Source: a virus
DNA length: 64,000 nt
Virus record (IMG/VR): IMGVR_UViG_3300042399_001709
Span: 16,784 to 80,783 of that record
Reading direction: 5' to 3' (one strand)
Of this stretch, positions 18,201 through 27,712 are shown in pieces. The notes beneath the pieces are model-generated. The model had not been told where the DNA came from and did not search any database. It was given only the letters and a program-made list of their open reading frames with translations. A program made the translations under genes and the position numbers. Within the stretch, counting starts at the first letter, position 1; every line of letters starts with the position of its first letter.

Positions 18201-20611
18201 TAACCGTTGGGGAAACAGCAATCATCTTTGTGTCATACAACCCAGCCGCACTGCATATGTATCCTGCAGAGAGCGGTTCAGAAACTTTTGCAGGGTCAGG
18301 ACTGCTAACAATTCAAAAGAATGATGAAACCCCACAGACACAAACAGTGTCAACCATAGCAGTCACTGCCTTTGGAAACTTCACTGTTGGTCACGGTTAC
18401 ACAAATGCCGGAGTGGCAACGTCATTCTTTGACGGGCTGATTGGCAACATCTACGTGCTTGATCGTGTTTTGCGAAACGCCGAGCGTGATCAGCTAGTGT
18501 CGTGGATGGCACATTACTTTACGATTTCCGACCTTTTAAGCGAGGACAACGATTATCGATATCTTGCAGACCATCCTGGAAAGATAGAGGTTAATCGGGC
18601 TAAAGAGCCGTTTAATGCAATGACGCTTCGCCAGGCCATGGACTATATCTGCAAGAAGACTGGATCGCAATACTGGATTGACGCCAACAAGAACCTTCAC
18701 TACCAGCGAAGAGACGTTAAGAACCTTGTAGAGAATGCAACTTACGAGGACAAGTTTGGCAATGCTAGCTCAAACGAATGGAACTTTGGCGGCTCGTTTG
18801 TCCTAAGCAACCGCTCATCTGGGCCATACGGCTACGGCTATGCCGCTACGTGCGCTGGGTCAACGGAGTCAACTGCTAGATCGCAATACTTTACCGTTGC
18901 AGCAAATGAAGTGTACTTTGCCTCGGCTCTAATGAAGACGTCAAACTCAGAAAAAAGCCGTTTGAAAATTCGTTTTTACGATGTTTCTGATGCGCAAGTT
19001 GGGTCAGATAAAACTATTGGTGCTGGAGTAAACCTTAATAACTCCTGGCAGAAGATGTGGGGGATGGTTAAGGTTCCTGGAACTGCAGGAATCGTAAAGG
19101 CCGCCTTGATCTTCCACCACACAAGCCACAGCAGCTCTTATACCGACTTCTACGCAGACCCAAAGGTTGTAAAGATTACCGCAGAGTACGGATTTGCTGA
19201 CTATGGTATTGCGCCTGGATCAAGTGTTGAGATGCTGTTTGATCCTGACCTTAATGCCATCTTGCCAATGAAAACATATGAATCGCCAGAAAACATTAGC
19301 CAGGGCGGAACGCAGGCTAACAGGCTTTATCTTTACGGCAAGGCCACAACAGTTGACCAATCTAACAGCGTTATCACCCCGTACGTCAAGAGTGGTCAAG
19401 TTATCCGGTACACCTTTGACTATGTTCAAGGGGTTTGGGACACACACGGGAAAATTGTTGAAGCCTCTAAGGCAGATACCGCGCCAGAAAGCGTGGAGGA
19501 TGCCGTCTTGTCTGCCAGCTCTTTCTGGGCAGAGAATGGCCAAAGCATCGAGTCATACGAATTCTCTCACTCAAATAACGCTTCAGCCGGCAGGCTTACC
19601 GTTGGGTCGATTATTCCATACCTTTGGAGTGAGGTCGGAATCGTTGAGCCTCTTGTGGTAAAGAGCCAGACCGTTACCATTATTGGCGGGGAAATCTACT
19701 ACAGCGTGCAACTTGCAGGGGAGCCAGCGTTCCAAAAGAACGCCATTATCCTTGTGCAAAAAGAATATCTCACAGAAAATCTTGGCACCGGCAAAATTAA
19801 ATTTATGGCCCCGACTAAACTTCGTAACCTGGTTGTTCAAACAGTAGATAACGACGGAAAAATAACAACTATAGATCAAAATGTTCAGCTTTCATGGTCT
19901 ATTGACACTACAAACCCAAGCAACAAAAGCATTACGGGCTACGAGATTGAGCGGCGAAGGCAAGAGCTAAAAAAGACCTCTTTTAGCAAAACGAACATGA
20001 AAGCTGGTGTCACTGTTCTGACGCGAACTCCCGCTGTGGCTGGTGGAATTTCTGTTGTTTCATTGACGTTTGCTAGCTCAACGGGTATTGACGTTGGTGC
20101 ATATATTCAAATTAAAGGTGGGCAAATTGGCAAGCAAACAACAAAAGGCCCTAAGAACCCCTCATTGGCCGGATCACACGAAGTAATCAGCGTAACAAAC
20201 TCTGGCAAGACTATTAAATTTAACCAATATGCTTCGGCAACTCATGGCATTACAGAACTTAAAGCAAAGCAAACAAAGGATATTCCGTCTATAGTTGTCT
20301 CCTGGTACGAGAACGTGGCCAAAACCGCTGAAGCTTGGGCACCGCTTGTTACAACAAGGTCGCAGACTTATACTGATGACGGCGACACCAACACGGCACA
20401 GGTTAAAGGCCCTGGCCTTGGCATTAACTACCGATATCAGTATCGCGTAAGGGCCGTTTCCTCAGACATAACTACTGGCGTTAAGCTTTCTGGTCCTTGG
20501 TCGTATGTTCCACCTGGATACATTAACGCCTCAGCGCAGTCCGGATGGATCTATATTACCGACAGCCTCATGCTTTCGGGTGTCGTTGAGCCAATAATTG
20601 GAGATCAATAA
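15239..20611 (+). CDS. large minor tail/host-recognition protein (repeated beta modules, LamG-like, CBM-like and FN3-like regions)
   Basis: Directly after TMP; repeated ...AH.F..G..V.V....YNG...I..V modules; FFDGLIGNIYVLDRVL...ERDQLVSWM LamG-like end; YRYQYRVRAV FN3-like. Confidence 0.75.
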   Translation: MNYTGTITVKIKPKLLNHTPVGDGFFDITRRISFSEGGADSSFTFTESSDGSLGEAKFDMFTMFPLSITDWSSYSGATVDDKVQNALNDHTFDFEIPPRTEIQVYEDATLLFGGVVMEVARVRAGGTITTNVTCSDYTALLDEIVIDRYKAPFETYDYQLIRGGYETSADKNGVKITKIINGSSGGGSPTRVITVTLEDAHDLMVGQKVNIDQTSNYNGTWTVASILSLIGYTATNSSTYAGPVSVTNAARAGSTATITVGTHAFIVGDTVQVALATGPTGYAALNGTYKITSVVANTSITYTTTTSGTVTSGAATGTVQIPDEKSGRSTPWTISFFEDVNKTDPYSGVSIAHGINYDSPTSTTGYVVTEGSDWRFSPINYVPDAQFPEKLGAKIFLPLSEGKSDITRAAADPRSLDSDERLRLYRLDNEIKEMYVLTSIGAYDAASNYLDITTISDHNFESGQILALGNVDYSRVGDYSAGFRANKQSETVLRIETNVDPGLSLRSAAITGATSDGTFATYTCNNTFLIGDPIAVSGITESGGTTGSFNVSFTIIEDSTPTTFKVRNSTDRTYTSGGTAYASFVALNRVQSVGAFEKRLKLISGQRLDTITTLYYDSATSYFNVGDVIHVNGSTTYDGRFTVTEVGSAPGNSGVPIRIGAITRTNNVAQVLLTDKALSISRDASAHAFDRGEVVDVTLPSPYTSFSGTAKIITGVGAPGSNLTASNIYYASTGSNQKYTNLTKAQKLASSITFAEKTLSYVKFIDNRADTANSPISVSAGAYISIPYHSWDAVSGGSRTAATPSTSFITMPNDSIDYMGGRQSVDFEASEFQGIGTSKYAEIAYVSRASNVVTIRTKAPHAFIEGETVTVAASAPYTSLNGSYAISDATAGTFTFSLAGSNITEAAATGSATSVGTGFYAAGRKMSCICVVKLESLPSSGEYRTVWHHGSITTGQRRELQINDAGAICFMTINNAGSTQRFTTTLLLTVGETAIIFVSYNPAALHMYPAESGSETFAGSGLLTIQKNDETPQTQTVSTIAVTAFGNFTVGHGYTNAGVATSFFDGLIGNIYVLDRVLRNAERDQLVSWMAHYFTISDLLSEDNDYRYLADHPGKIEVNRAKEPFNAMTLRQAMDYICKKTGSQYWIDANKNLHYQRRDVKNLVENATYEDKFGNASSNEWNFGGSFVLSNRSSGPYGYGYAATCAGSTESTARSQYFTVAANEVYFASALMKTSNSEKSRLKIRFYDVSDAQVGSDKTIGAGVNLNNSWQKMWGMVKVPGTAGIVKAALIFHHTSHSSSYTDFYADPKVVKITAEYGFADYGIAPGSSVEMLFDPDLNAILPMKTYESPENISQGGTQANRLYLYGKATTVDQSNSVITPYVKSGQVIRYTFDYVQGVWDTHGKIVEASKADTAPESVEDAVLSASSFWAENGQSIESYEFSHSNNASAGRLTVGSIIPYLWSEVGIVEPLVVKSQTVTIIGGEIYYSVQLAGEPAFQKNAIILVQKEYLTENLGTGKIKFMAPTKLRNLVVQTVDNDGKITTIDQNVQLSWSIDTTNPSNKSITGYEIERRRQELKKTSFSKTNMKAGVTVLTRTPAVAGGISVVSLTFASSTGIDVGAYIQIKGGQIGKQTTKGPKNPSLAGSHEVISVTNSGKTIKFNQYASATHGITELKAKQTKDIPSIVVSWYENVAKTAEAWAPLVTTRSQTYTDDGDTNTAQVKGPGLGINYRYQYRVRAVSSDITTGVKLSGPWSYVPPGYINASAQSGWIYITDSLMLSGVVEPIIGDQ

Positions 20612-23601
20612 TGTTTGACAAGATTTCTAGCGGCAAGATTTACGGGAATACTGGGAATCAATTTTCTGCTATTGAGATTGACGGAGACGGCGTTCTTATT
20701 AGGAATGCTGCCGACGAGATAGACTCGTCTGGAAATCTTGTGTCGGCTGGCAGCGACGAGGTGCTTTCCGCTAGCCGATCTACCGGTACTACAATTAATG
20801 CCAGCTACATAAAAACAGGCGTGATTGACGCCAACCTTATGCGCGCCGGCCTTATCCAGACCGTCCCTTCCTGGAACACCAAGTGGTATGGGGCCCCAGA
20901 AGACCATGCCGCAGTGCAGATGGGCTTTACCGGCGGCTCAATTGCGGCAACTGCCGTCTCAACCGGCACTGGCACCGTTAGCCTTACGCTCCCTGGCGGG
21001 CATGGCCTAATCACCGGCGACTACGTCCGGGTATCCGGCCTGTACTTCACTACCGGCACCCTGCTAGGCGGCGTTGGCCTTAACCTACCGACCAATGGCC
21101 CACTTGACTACGCCGCAGCAACAGTCGCCACAAACACCCTGACCTACAGCAAGGCCGACATCACCAGCGGCCTCACTGCCTCTACCGCCTCCATTGTCTA
21201 TGTTGGCAAGGCGCACACAATCACTGGCGTTGTTCGCTCCTTTGACGAGCCTGAGAACCCAGCAGAGCTTAGCACTGTGGTCGTGACTACGAGCGCGGCA
21301 CATGGCTTTTCCGTAGGAGAATATGTCGAGCTAGTAAATGTCGCCCCGACCATCGACGGCGTGGCATACATTACCGCAGTCACCAGCACCACCTTTACCT
21401 TTAAGCAGCGCTTTGGTGCGGACATTGAGCTTGACCTTGCGGAAGTTGACCCGGTGCTTCCGGACCTTGGCGCCCCAGTGGCCATCAAGGTGCTGAAGTC
21501 CTACACCCAGAATGCCGACGGCTCTATTCACATTACCTCCGGCACGGTTGACTCCACGCTCATCGTCGGCGAGATTGCAGCCACAGAAATTACAATTGGC
21601 TCCGGAGAAGGAGTTGTGCGCGTTGGCAGCTACCCAGATGCTATCACCCCAACCTTCCAGGGAATTTGGGCAGGAAGTGCCAATCCGTCTACGGCTGAGT
21701 TCTCAGCCAATACATCCGGAGCCGTAACAGCAAGCAACCTCACGGTCACTGGTGGCAGCATCACCATTGGAGATTTTAGTCTTAGCACGGGCGGCCAACT
21801 GACTGATGACCTGGTGCTGCAGCAAACACGAATTACCAACGATAGCGGCGTAACCATTATTGACACGGATAGCGATGGGGAGAAATCAACGCTATTTGGC
21901 GGCGCTGCTTTAAGGGAAATACAAGCTGGCGTAGCAAATGGCTCATTTGCAGAACCTCCGCCAAGCCCGTATGCAAACGTTGGCGGCGCAAACAAGCTGC
22001 CGTATTGGACATTCACCGACGTGAATAGTGCTGGCGCAATTACCGCCGCGATTGTTGCGGATGCTGGAGCAGCGTCTGGAAATGTGCTGCGATTCACGGT
22101 CGCTAGTGGCACGCTGACTGGTAAGAGCGCAACGCTGACGCGCTATGTGCCTGTCGCATCATCTGCATCTCGCTCCTTCTCGTTTTACGCTGAGGCAACC
22201 TTTGACAACGCCACCAACAGCACCCAAGCCAATGCCAAACTAACTTGCGAGTTCTACAAGTCAGACGGAGTGACAGCAACAGGCACTCCCTTCGAGTCTC
22301 TCCTATACGGATTTAATCTGCTGCAAACACCGACAGGAATTACTGCTCCAGATTTGTGGGAGACCAGCCCTGACCTTACAGATAGCACCGCCCCTGCCGA
22401 TGCTGCATATCTGAAGGTCACTATCACTATTGCCACGGTTGCAACGCAGTCCGCGAATCGCGTTGTGGACTTGACAGAAGTTCGCGTTGGCAACGGCTTG
22501 CCGGAGTTGATCTTGACCGACAAGAGCACACCAACAAACTTGCCTGCTTACATCATCAACGACAACAACGAACTCTCAATGTACAACGGCAGCCAAAGCG
22601 GATATGTCATTGTTGGAGACGAGACGCTTGTGGCTGGGGCTATCAGCGCGACGGTCACAAGCCTAGAAGACGTAATTATTGAGGGTTATGTTGCAACTTC
22701 AATCAATTCTGTAATTGGACCAGTCAACATTACTGCCGCAACAGCAGTCGACATTACTGCGCCAAGCGGTGTTGACGTCAGCAACAACCTAAACGTTGAT
22801 GGAACAATCGGCGTTCTTGGCAGCATCAACATCGGTGTATCCGACACAAGCACGGTAGGAGACATTACCTTCAAGGGCGGCAACGGCGGCTCCATCCGTG
22901 CGTTCAGCGCGACGGCGGGAAACGATAGCCTAGGAATCTACAACACCGCAGGAACAGACTTCACCAACCTTGTCGCCGAAAGTTTTTTCCCAGGCGGGCA
23001 GGGATCATTCCGACTCACGCATGACGGCAACTTCGACTTCAACGATACGGTCGACGTGACGGGAAGTATCACCGCTTCGTCCAGCATCGTCGGCTCAAGC
23101 TTCCAATCAACAGGTTCCTTGACGGCTCTGAACGCTTCAGGCGGTGGCGATATTACATTAACTGGAGCAGACACGAGCGTACCCATCAGCGGCAACGGCG
23201 AGCTGTTGGCGATTGCGAACACCACTACCGCAACAACGAACAGCGCACGATGGGTGCTGACCAGCGGCAGCACATACGCGCTGCGCCGCGACTCATCAAC
23301 TCGCCGCGTAAAAACAAATATTGTTCAGGCTGATTCAGCAGTGCTGGCGGCAGCTAAAAACCTGCGAGCGGTTCACTACGAAGCACTTGAAAAGGACAAT
23401 GAGGGGAATGTGGTTCCGAGTGGCAAGCACACGCTTGGACTCATCGCCGAAGAAATCGCTGAGGCTGGGCTTGGCTGCGCCGTTACATATGATGGGGAAG
23501 GATTGCCGGACGGATACGACGAGCGCGTCATTATCGCGGCCCTCCTACACCGGCTCAATGACCTTGAAGCGCGCCTCGCAGAACTCGAAGGCAATGCCTA
23601 A
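20611..23601 (+). CDS. tail fibre/spike with C-terminal Peptidase S74-like intramolecular chaperone
   Basis: SSTRRVKTNI...GLIAEEI...YD...L..RLAELE C-terminus; Gly/Thr-rich beta repeats. Confidence 0.8.
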   Translation: MFDKISSGKIYGNTGNQFSAIEIDGDGVLIRNAADEIDSSGNLVSAGSDEVLSASRSTGTTINASYIKTGVIDANLMRAGLIQTVPSWNTKWYGAPEDHAAVQMGFTGGSIAATAVSTGTGTVSLTLPGGHGLITGDYVRVSGLYFTTGTLLGGVGLNLPTNGPLDYAAATVATNTLTYSKADITSGLTASTASIVYVGKAHTITGVVRSFDEPENPAELSTVVVTTSAAHGFSVGEYVELVNVAPTIDGVAYITAVTSTTFTFKQRFGADIELDLAEVDPVLPDLGAPVAIKVLKSYTQNADGSIHITSGTVDSTLIVGEIAATEITIGSGEGVVRVGSYPDAITPTFQGIWAGSANPSTAEFSANTSGAVTASNLTVTGGSITIGDFSLSTGGQLTDDLVLQQTRITNDSGVTIIDTDSDGEKSTLFGGAALREIQAGVANGSFAEPPPSPYANVGGANKLPYWTFTDVNSAGAITAAIVADAGAASGNVLRFTVASGTLTGKSATLTRYVPVASSASRSFSFYAEATFDNATNSTQANAKLTCEFYKSDGVTATGTPFESLLYGFNLLQTPTGITAPDLWETSPDLTDSTAPADAAYLKVTITIATVATQSANRVVDLTEVRVGNGLPELILTDKSTPTNLPAYIINDNNELSMYNGSQSGYVIVGDETLVAGAISATVTSLEDVIIEGYVATSINSVIGPVNITAATAVDITAPSGVDVSNNLNVDGTIGVLGSINIGVSDTSTVGDITFKGGNGGSIRAFSATAGNDSLGIYNTAGTDFTNLVAESFFPGGQGSFRLTHDGNFDFNDTVDVTGSITASSSIVGSSFQSTGSLTALNASGGGDITLTGADTSVPISGNGELLAIANTTTATTNSARWVLTSGSTYALRRDSSTRRVKTNIVQADSAVLAAAKNLRAVHYEALEKDNEGNVVPSGKHTLGLIAEEIAEAGLGCAVTYDGEGLPDGYDERVIIAALLHRLNDLEARLAELEGNA

Positions 23602-23660
23602 CCTTGCCCTATTCCGTATGATGTGCTAGCCGAGAGGCACATATATGAAAGGGGTACCCC

Positions 23661-24395
23661 ATGAAATTTAAGGTTAAGTCCCAGCTTGATCACGAGGAAA
23701 AAGGTGGGATTCTCGACGATTGCGGCCCGTCTTCTATGGCTGCAGCAGTGTCTTGGGCGTTTAAGTACGCTCCGGGCAAAGATTTTTCCGCCGCAGACGG
23801 CATTGCCGCCAAGGCAAAGGCTACCGGCTTTGTTGAAAAGCAAGGCGTTAGCGATAACGGCTCAACGCTTGCGGACCTTATTAAGACCGCACGGGTTCTT
23901 GGTGCCGAAGCCCGCTGGGCAACGGACTGGAACGACGTCATCAACTCCGCCAAGGCCGGTGCGGCTCTAGGCGTGTGGGTTGAGCAGCCTGCCGGCTATC
24001 CTAAGGGCCTAGAAGTTTCCGCGTGGCATGCCAAGTGGCAGCGCTGGTGGTGGGTCAAGCAGAAGCAACCTACTCGAACGTACGGCCACATGACTGCGGC
24101 TGTCTACGACCCAATCGATGGCTGGCAGTGGGCGTGCCCAACGCGCTCCGGCAAGGGTGCCGAGCAGTTTGGCGTCAAGATTGATGAGGCAACCCTCAAG
24201 ATCCTTGCCGACTCAAAGCGCGTAAGCAAAAAGCACGTTGCACCACCGCATAAGCATGTTATTATCATTTCAGCACCAAAGGGTTGGGTCGCGCCTAAGC
24301 CTGCGGCAGCTCCTGTAGCCCCAGCGGCACCAGTAGCACCAGCGCCCGTAACGGCGCCCGTCAGTCCGGCAAAGTGCCCGACTTGCGGTAAGTAA
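23661..24395 (+). CDS. putative endolysin, peptidase C39-like (papain fold)
   Basis: SQLD...DDCGPSSMA catalytic Cys motif, GHMT His, YDP; Pro/Ala-rich tail; next to a holin candidate. Confidence 0.65.
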   Translation: MKFKVKSQLDHEEKGGILDDCGPSSMAAAVSWAFKYAPGKDFSAADGIAAKAKATGFVEKQGVSDNGSTLADLIKTARVLGAEARWATDWNDVINSAKAGAALGVWVEQPAGYPKGLEVSAWHAKWQRWWWVKQKQPTRTYGHMTAAVYDPIDGWQWACPTRSGKGAEQFGVKIDEATLKILADSKRVSKKHVAPPHKHVIIISAPKGWVAPKPAAAPVAPAAPVAPAPVTAPVSPAKCPTCGK

Positions 24396-24409
24396 TAGAA
24401 GGAGTACAC

Positions 24410-24805
24410 ATGAGCGCCATTAAGAACGCAGTTCTATGGATCATGGCTAACACGGGTATCGACGAGATGCTCCTGGAGGCCGCACGCGCCTTTATCGCAA
24501 CGTCGATTGCCGTTGCGCTTGGTCTTGGCATCCCGCTGCTTGATATTTCAGGCGGGGATTTCCGAACCGTAGTATCGGCTGGTCTGGCCGCCTGCTTGCA
24601 GGTTGTCGTCCGCGCCCTGAACCCTGAAGATGCCAAGTTTGGCGTTGGCAAGGCAAAGGTCGCCCGAGCTGATGAGAAGGCTGCTGCCGAGAGCACGGCT
24701 CACATTACCGGTAGCGCAATTGACACTGACGGAGATGGAATCGCAGACGAGCTTGCTGGCAGCCTTGCCGGTGAGAACTTTGAGGATGACAGCCGCCAGG
24801 GATAA
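24410..24805 (+). CDS. putative holin
   Basis: Two hydrophobic helices, RALNPED.KFG motif, AGGAG SD, follows the endolysin candidate. Confidence 0.6.
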   Translation: MSAIKNAVLWIMANTGIDEMLLEAARAFIATSIAVALGLGIPLLDISGGDFRTVVSAGLAACLQVVVRALNPEDAKFGVGKAKVARADEKAAAESTAHITGSAIDTDGDGIADELAGSLAGENFEDDSRQG

Positions 24806-24818
24806 TCGTTATAGGGTA

Positions 24819-24864
24819 AAATAAAAGAGGAGGGGCCCCGTGAGGCCCCTCCTCTTTTTATTTG
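24819..24864. terminator. bidirectional intrinsic terminator
   Basis: AAATAAAAGAGGAGGGGCC-ccgtga-GGCCCCTCCTCTTTTTATTT between convergent operons. Confidence 0.85.
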
Positions 24865-25054
24865 CTAGAAATTACTTAGTCGTCTTCGCGCCAGCGAAGC
24901 GGTCCGGTAACAAGCCATGCACCGGAAAGGGCAAGCAGGATCGAGCCCACTACGTCGCGGGTCTCGCCCTCTGGAAGCACTGCCCAAGCAATGGCCAAGC
25001 CAAAGATTGTCCAGCCGCCAGCGATCACATCGTTGATTGCGTTTTTAAGCATGT

Positions 25055-26518
25055 TTAGTTTCTCCCTCTTTTTCCATTAGAAGACGAGCCACTTGCGCCG
25101 CCTCCACCTGAACTACCCGCGCTTGCGGCCGCCGCAGCTGCGGCTGCAGCTTGGGCTACTTGTGTCACCACGACAGCTGCAACCACGACTGGCGCAGCCT
25201 TCTCCCTCTCCTCTGAGCTGAGATCCTTGCCGAGATTGGTAACCGCAGTGACGGCTTTACCGACGTTTTCTACAGTATCACCGATAGTGCTGGCAATAGC
25301 TTCCGCAGCTTCTCCGATTGCCTCGCTTACTGCCTCTACTGCAGCGCCCGGATCAATTGGTCCAGGTGTGTCAGTAGGTACAGGGCTGGGATCAACAGAA
25401 GGGGCAGGAGAGTCCGTAGGGGTGGCCGTCGGTTCGGGTGTTGGCTCGGGTGTTGGTTCATTGGTTACCTCCGGGCTAGGGCTGGGACGCGGGGTCGGGG
25501 ACGGCGTCACAGAAGGCTCTGGCGTGGGTGTAGGAGCCACGCTAGGGCTTGGTGTTGGTGGTTCTGGTGTCGGCGTAGGGGTTGGCGTAGGCGTTGGCTC
25601 TGGGGTCGGCGTTGGGGTTGGCTCAGGTGTAGGGCTCGGGCTTGGCGGTGGCGGGGCCGGAACAAACACGGAAACCGTTGTTGAGATGGGGGAATAAATG
25701 CCTAGCGTGTCGTTGTCAGCCCTGATCCAAAATGTGTAGGTTTGATCAGTGCCGCCGGTAATGGCAAAGACGTTGCTGCTAATGCCCATATTGGTTTCGC
25801 TGGAAGCGGCAGCCCAGCCCGCAAGGTCCCCGGTGGTCCAGAACACTCCGTACCGCTCAATGTCGGTGCCGCTTGCTTCTGGAGCATTCCACGTCAGATA
25901 AACATTCCCATCGGTGTAAACGGTCACCATAAGACCGGTTGGCGCGTTCAAATACGGGTCAGGTACCGGGGTAGGGGTTGGCTCCGGAGTCGGGGTTGGC
26001 GTTGGCTCCGGAGTTGGCGTTGGTGTGGGGGTGGGGGTGGGCTGCGGGGTTGGCGTCCATGTTGCTGATGGTGTTCCCGGCGCAAGCTCGGCTGCAAAGT
26101 TGCTGATTAGGTAGTAGTGGTTGCCACCAAAACGGTCGGCCGCTGGGTCGCCGCAGCAGACGCCAGCACGGACTCGATACTCGCCAGCGGGCAGGGAGAT
26201 GCGAATTGTTGAAGCAAGAGAGTAGCCGCCAGTGTGCTCGGTAAACGAGTCATCGTTGGCAGTAAGGAGCGTTCCAGTGCCGTCATAAAGCCAGAGCATT
26301 GAGTCAACTGTTCCGGGGCACCAGGGTGCAGTGGTGTCGTCGCACAAGTCGGTCCACAGGTGAAGCTCGCCCTGCTCTGGAAGATTAATCCAGAAATCTT
26401 GCGTTCGGTCGACATAGTTGTTTTGACTTCCAGATGCCGGGCCGGCAACCAGGCCATATGCAAGCGTCGCCAAGATAAGCCACAAAGTGGCGATGGTGGT
26501 CATTAGCTTAGTGTTCAT
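25055..26518 (-). CDS. secreted/membrane protein with PPC-like and FN3 domains and Pro-Thr linkers
   Basis: N-terminal signal peptide; DSMLWLYD...NDD...LPAGEYRV; APTGL...LTWNAP...YTFWIRADN; (PT/PE)n; hydrophobic C-terminal helix. Confidence 0.75.
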   Translation of the reverse strand: MNTKLMTTIATLWLILATLAYGLVAGPASGSQNNYVDRTQDFWINLPEQGELHLWTDLCDDTTAPWCPGTVDSMLWLYDGTGTLLTANDDSFTEHTGGYSLASTIRISLPAGEYRVRAGVCCGDPAADRFGGNHYYLISNFAAELAPGTPSATWTPTPQPTPTPTPTPTPEPTPTPTPEPTPTPVPDPYLNAPTGLMVTVYTDGNVYLTWNAPEASGTDIERYGVFWTTGDLAGWAAASSETNMGISSNVFAITGGTDQTYTFWIRADNDTLGIYSPISTTVSVFVPAPPPPSPSPTPEPTPTPTPEPTPTPTPTPTPEPPTPSPSVAPTPTPEPSVTPSPTPRPSPSPEVTNEPTPEPTPEPTATPTDSPAPSVDPSPVPTDTPGPIDPGAAVEAVSEAIGEAAEAIASTIGDTVENVGKAVTAVTNLGKDLSSEEREKAAPVVVAAVVVTQVAQAAAAAAAAASAGSSGGGGASGSSSNGKRGRN

Positions 26519-26700
26519 TTTGCCTGCCCTGACATCCAGGCCATAAGGCCGCTAATGCCGGTTAGCCCAAGAATGCCAAGGACAAACTTGGCAAGTCGAT
26601 ATGCGCCACGAGTCTCTGCCATTTCAACGCGCATAGCAGTGATCTCTTCTTCAATTTTTTCAAGACGCTGGAGAATTTGTTGGGATTGGTTGGCAGTCAC
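26515..26700 (-). CDS. small coiled-coil membrane protein
   Basis: Coiled-coil followed by one TM helix; stop overlaps the next start. Confidence 0.6.
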   Translation of the reverse strand: MTANQSQQILQRLEKIEEEITAMRVEMAETRGAYRLAKFVLGILGLTGISGLMAWMSGQAK

Positions 26701-26832
26701 ATCTGTACCTCAAACATTTAGCGCAAGCAGGGGTTGACGTACACAATATACATAATGAAAACGTAACGAACAACAAATAAAAAGTCTGCCGGCAAAAACC
26801 GACAGACTCTTTAATACAAAACGATGAACTAA

Positions 26833-27009
26833 TTAATCGCTGATGCTGTTAAAGCTCACCGTTGTTGTTGGATGAACATGTTCTTCTGGCTTTGGAAGAG
26901 CTGCGACTTGCTTCTGCAGCTGCTCGATCTGCGCGCGCAAGATATCGTTTTCTAGCGTGAGCGCGCCAATCTTGTAAATCAACTGCTCGGTTGTGATTCG
27001 CTGGTCCAT
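26833..27009 (-). CDS. small coiled-coil protein
   Basis: AAGGAG SD before the ATG at 27009. Confidence 0.5.
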   Translation of the reverse strand: MDQRITTEQLIYKIGALTLENDILRAQIEQLQKQVAALPKPEEHVHPTTTVSFNSISD

Positions 27010-27172
27010 AATTACTCCTTTACTATTCTGGCTTTGCATACACTGTGTTGCAACCGCCGCACTCTGCTTCGTTTTCAGAAATAGGAAAACTGATTCCAGC
27101 AAGTTCGCAGCCATCCGTAGAGCAATTTACGTACCAGAAATTGATCTCAACAGCTTCACTCATATTCTCTCC

Positions 27173-27703
27173 TTAGGCGCTCATGTTGCCCATATAGACT
27201 ACCGAGCATCCAGAAATCCTTGATCCACCAATGGTCTTGGATGACGATGAGGCGGATACCCGGAAAATCAATGCGTCTGCTGCGGTTAGGTACTGAATTG
27301 TAGAGATTGCTGGGGTGTCGTTGTTAGTGTTTGCCTGTGCCTGGGTTTCATTCCTTGCAACCACGGTTCCGTTTACCAAGACATATAGCCTGAATGCAAA
27401 ACCAGTACCAAGACCGCCGCCGCTGGCCAGATGGCAGGTGATGCTGTACCAGCCGGTCAATGGGATGGTAATTGTTGACCCAGAGGACCAGTATGCATAG
27501 AGGGCAGTGTTCTTTACGGCGCTAGACCAGGTAATTGCCGTTGCAGATGCGTCAGTAGATGTGTTTACGGTTAGAGTTGTTGTTCTCTGAAGGGTAATTC
27601 CATGAACCAAATCGGTTGTGACCCCGTCTCCAGTAATTGCGCCAGCAACCGTTAGGTCGTCCGTTGTTGCCGGGAGCACAAGGTCGCTAAGAATTCTTAC
27701 CAT
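27173..27703 (-). CDS. virion protein with a C1q/TNF-like jelly-roll
   Basis: ITIPLTGWYSITCHL...YLTAADALIFRV pattern. Confidence 0.5.
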   Translation of the reverse strand: MVRILSDLVLPATTDDLTVAGAITGDGVTTDLVHGITLQRTTTLTVNTSTDASATAITWSSAVKNTALYAYWSSGSTITIPLTGWYSITCHLASGGGLGTGFAFRLYVLVNGTVVARNETQAQANTNNDTPAISTIQYLTAADALIFRVSASSSSKTIGGSRISGCSVVYMGNMSA

Positions 27704-27712
27704 GGGGGTATC

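Noticed and set aside
1841-23601. Many 60-220 aa antisense and alternate-frame ORFs inside the TMP and tail genes
   Set aside because: Expected shadow ORFs in GC-rich coding DNA, without SDs or motifs
25380-26060. Repetitive GGGGTTGGC/GGCGT DNA as a noncoding repeat array (similar tract at 10610-10730)
   Set aside because: Fully explained by in-frame Pro-Thr linkers
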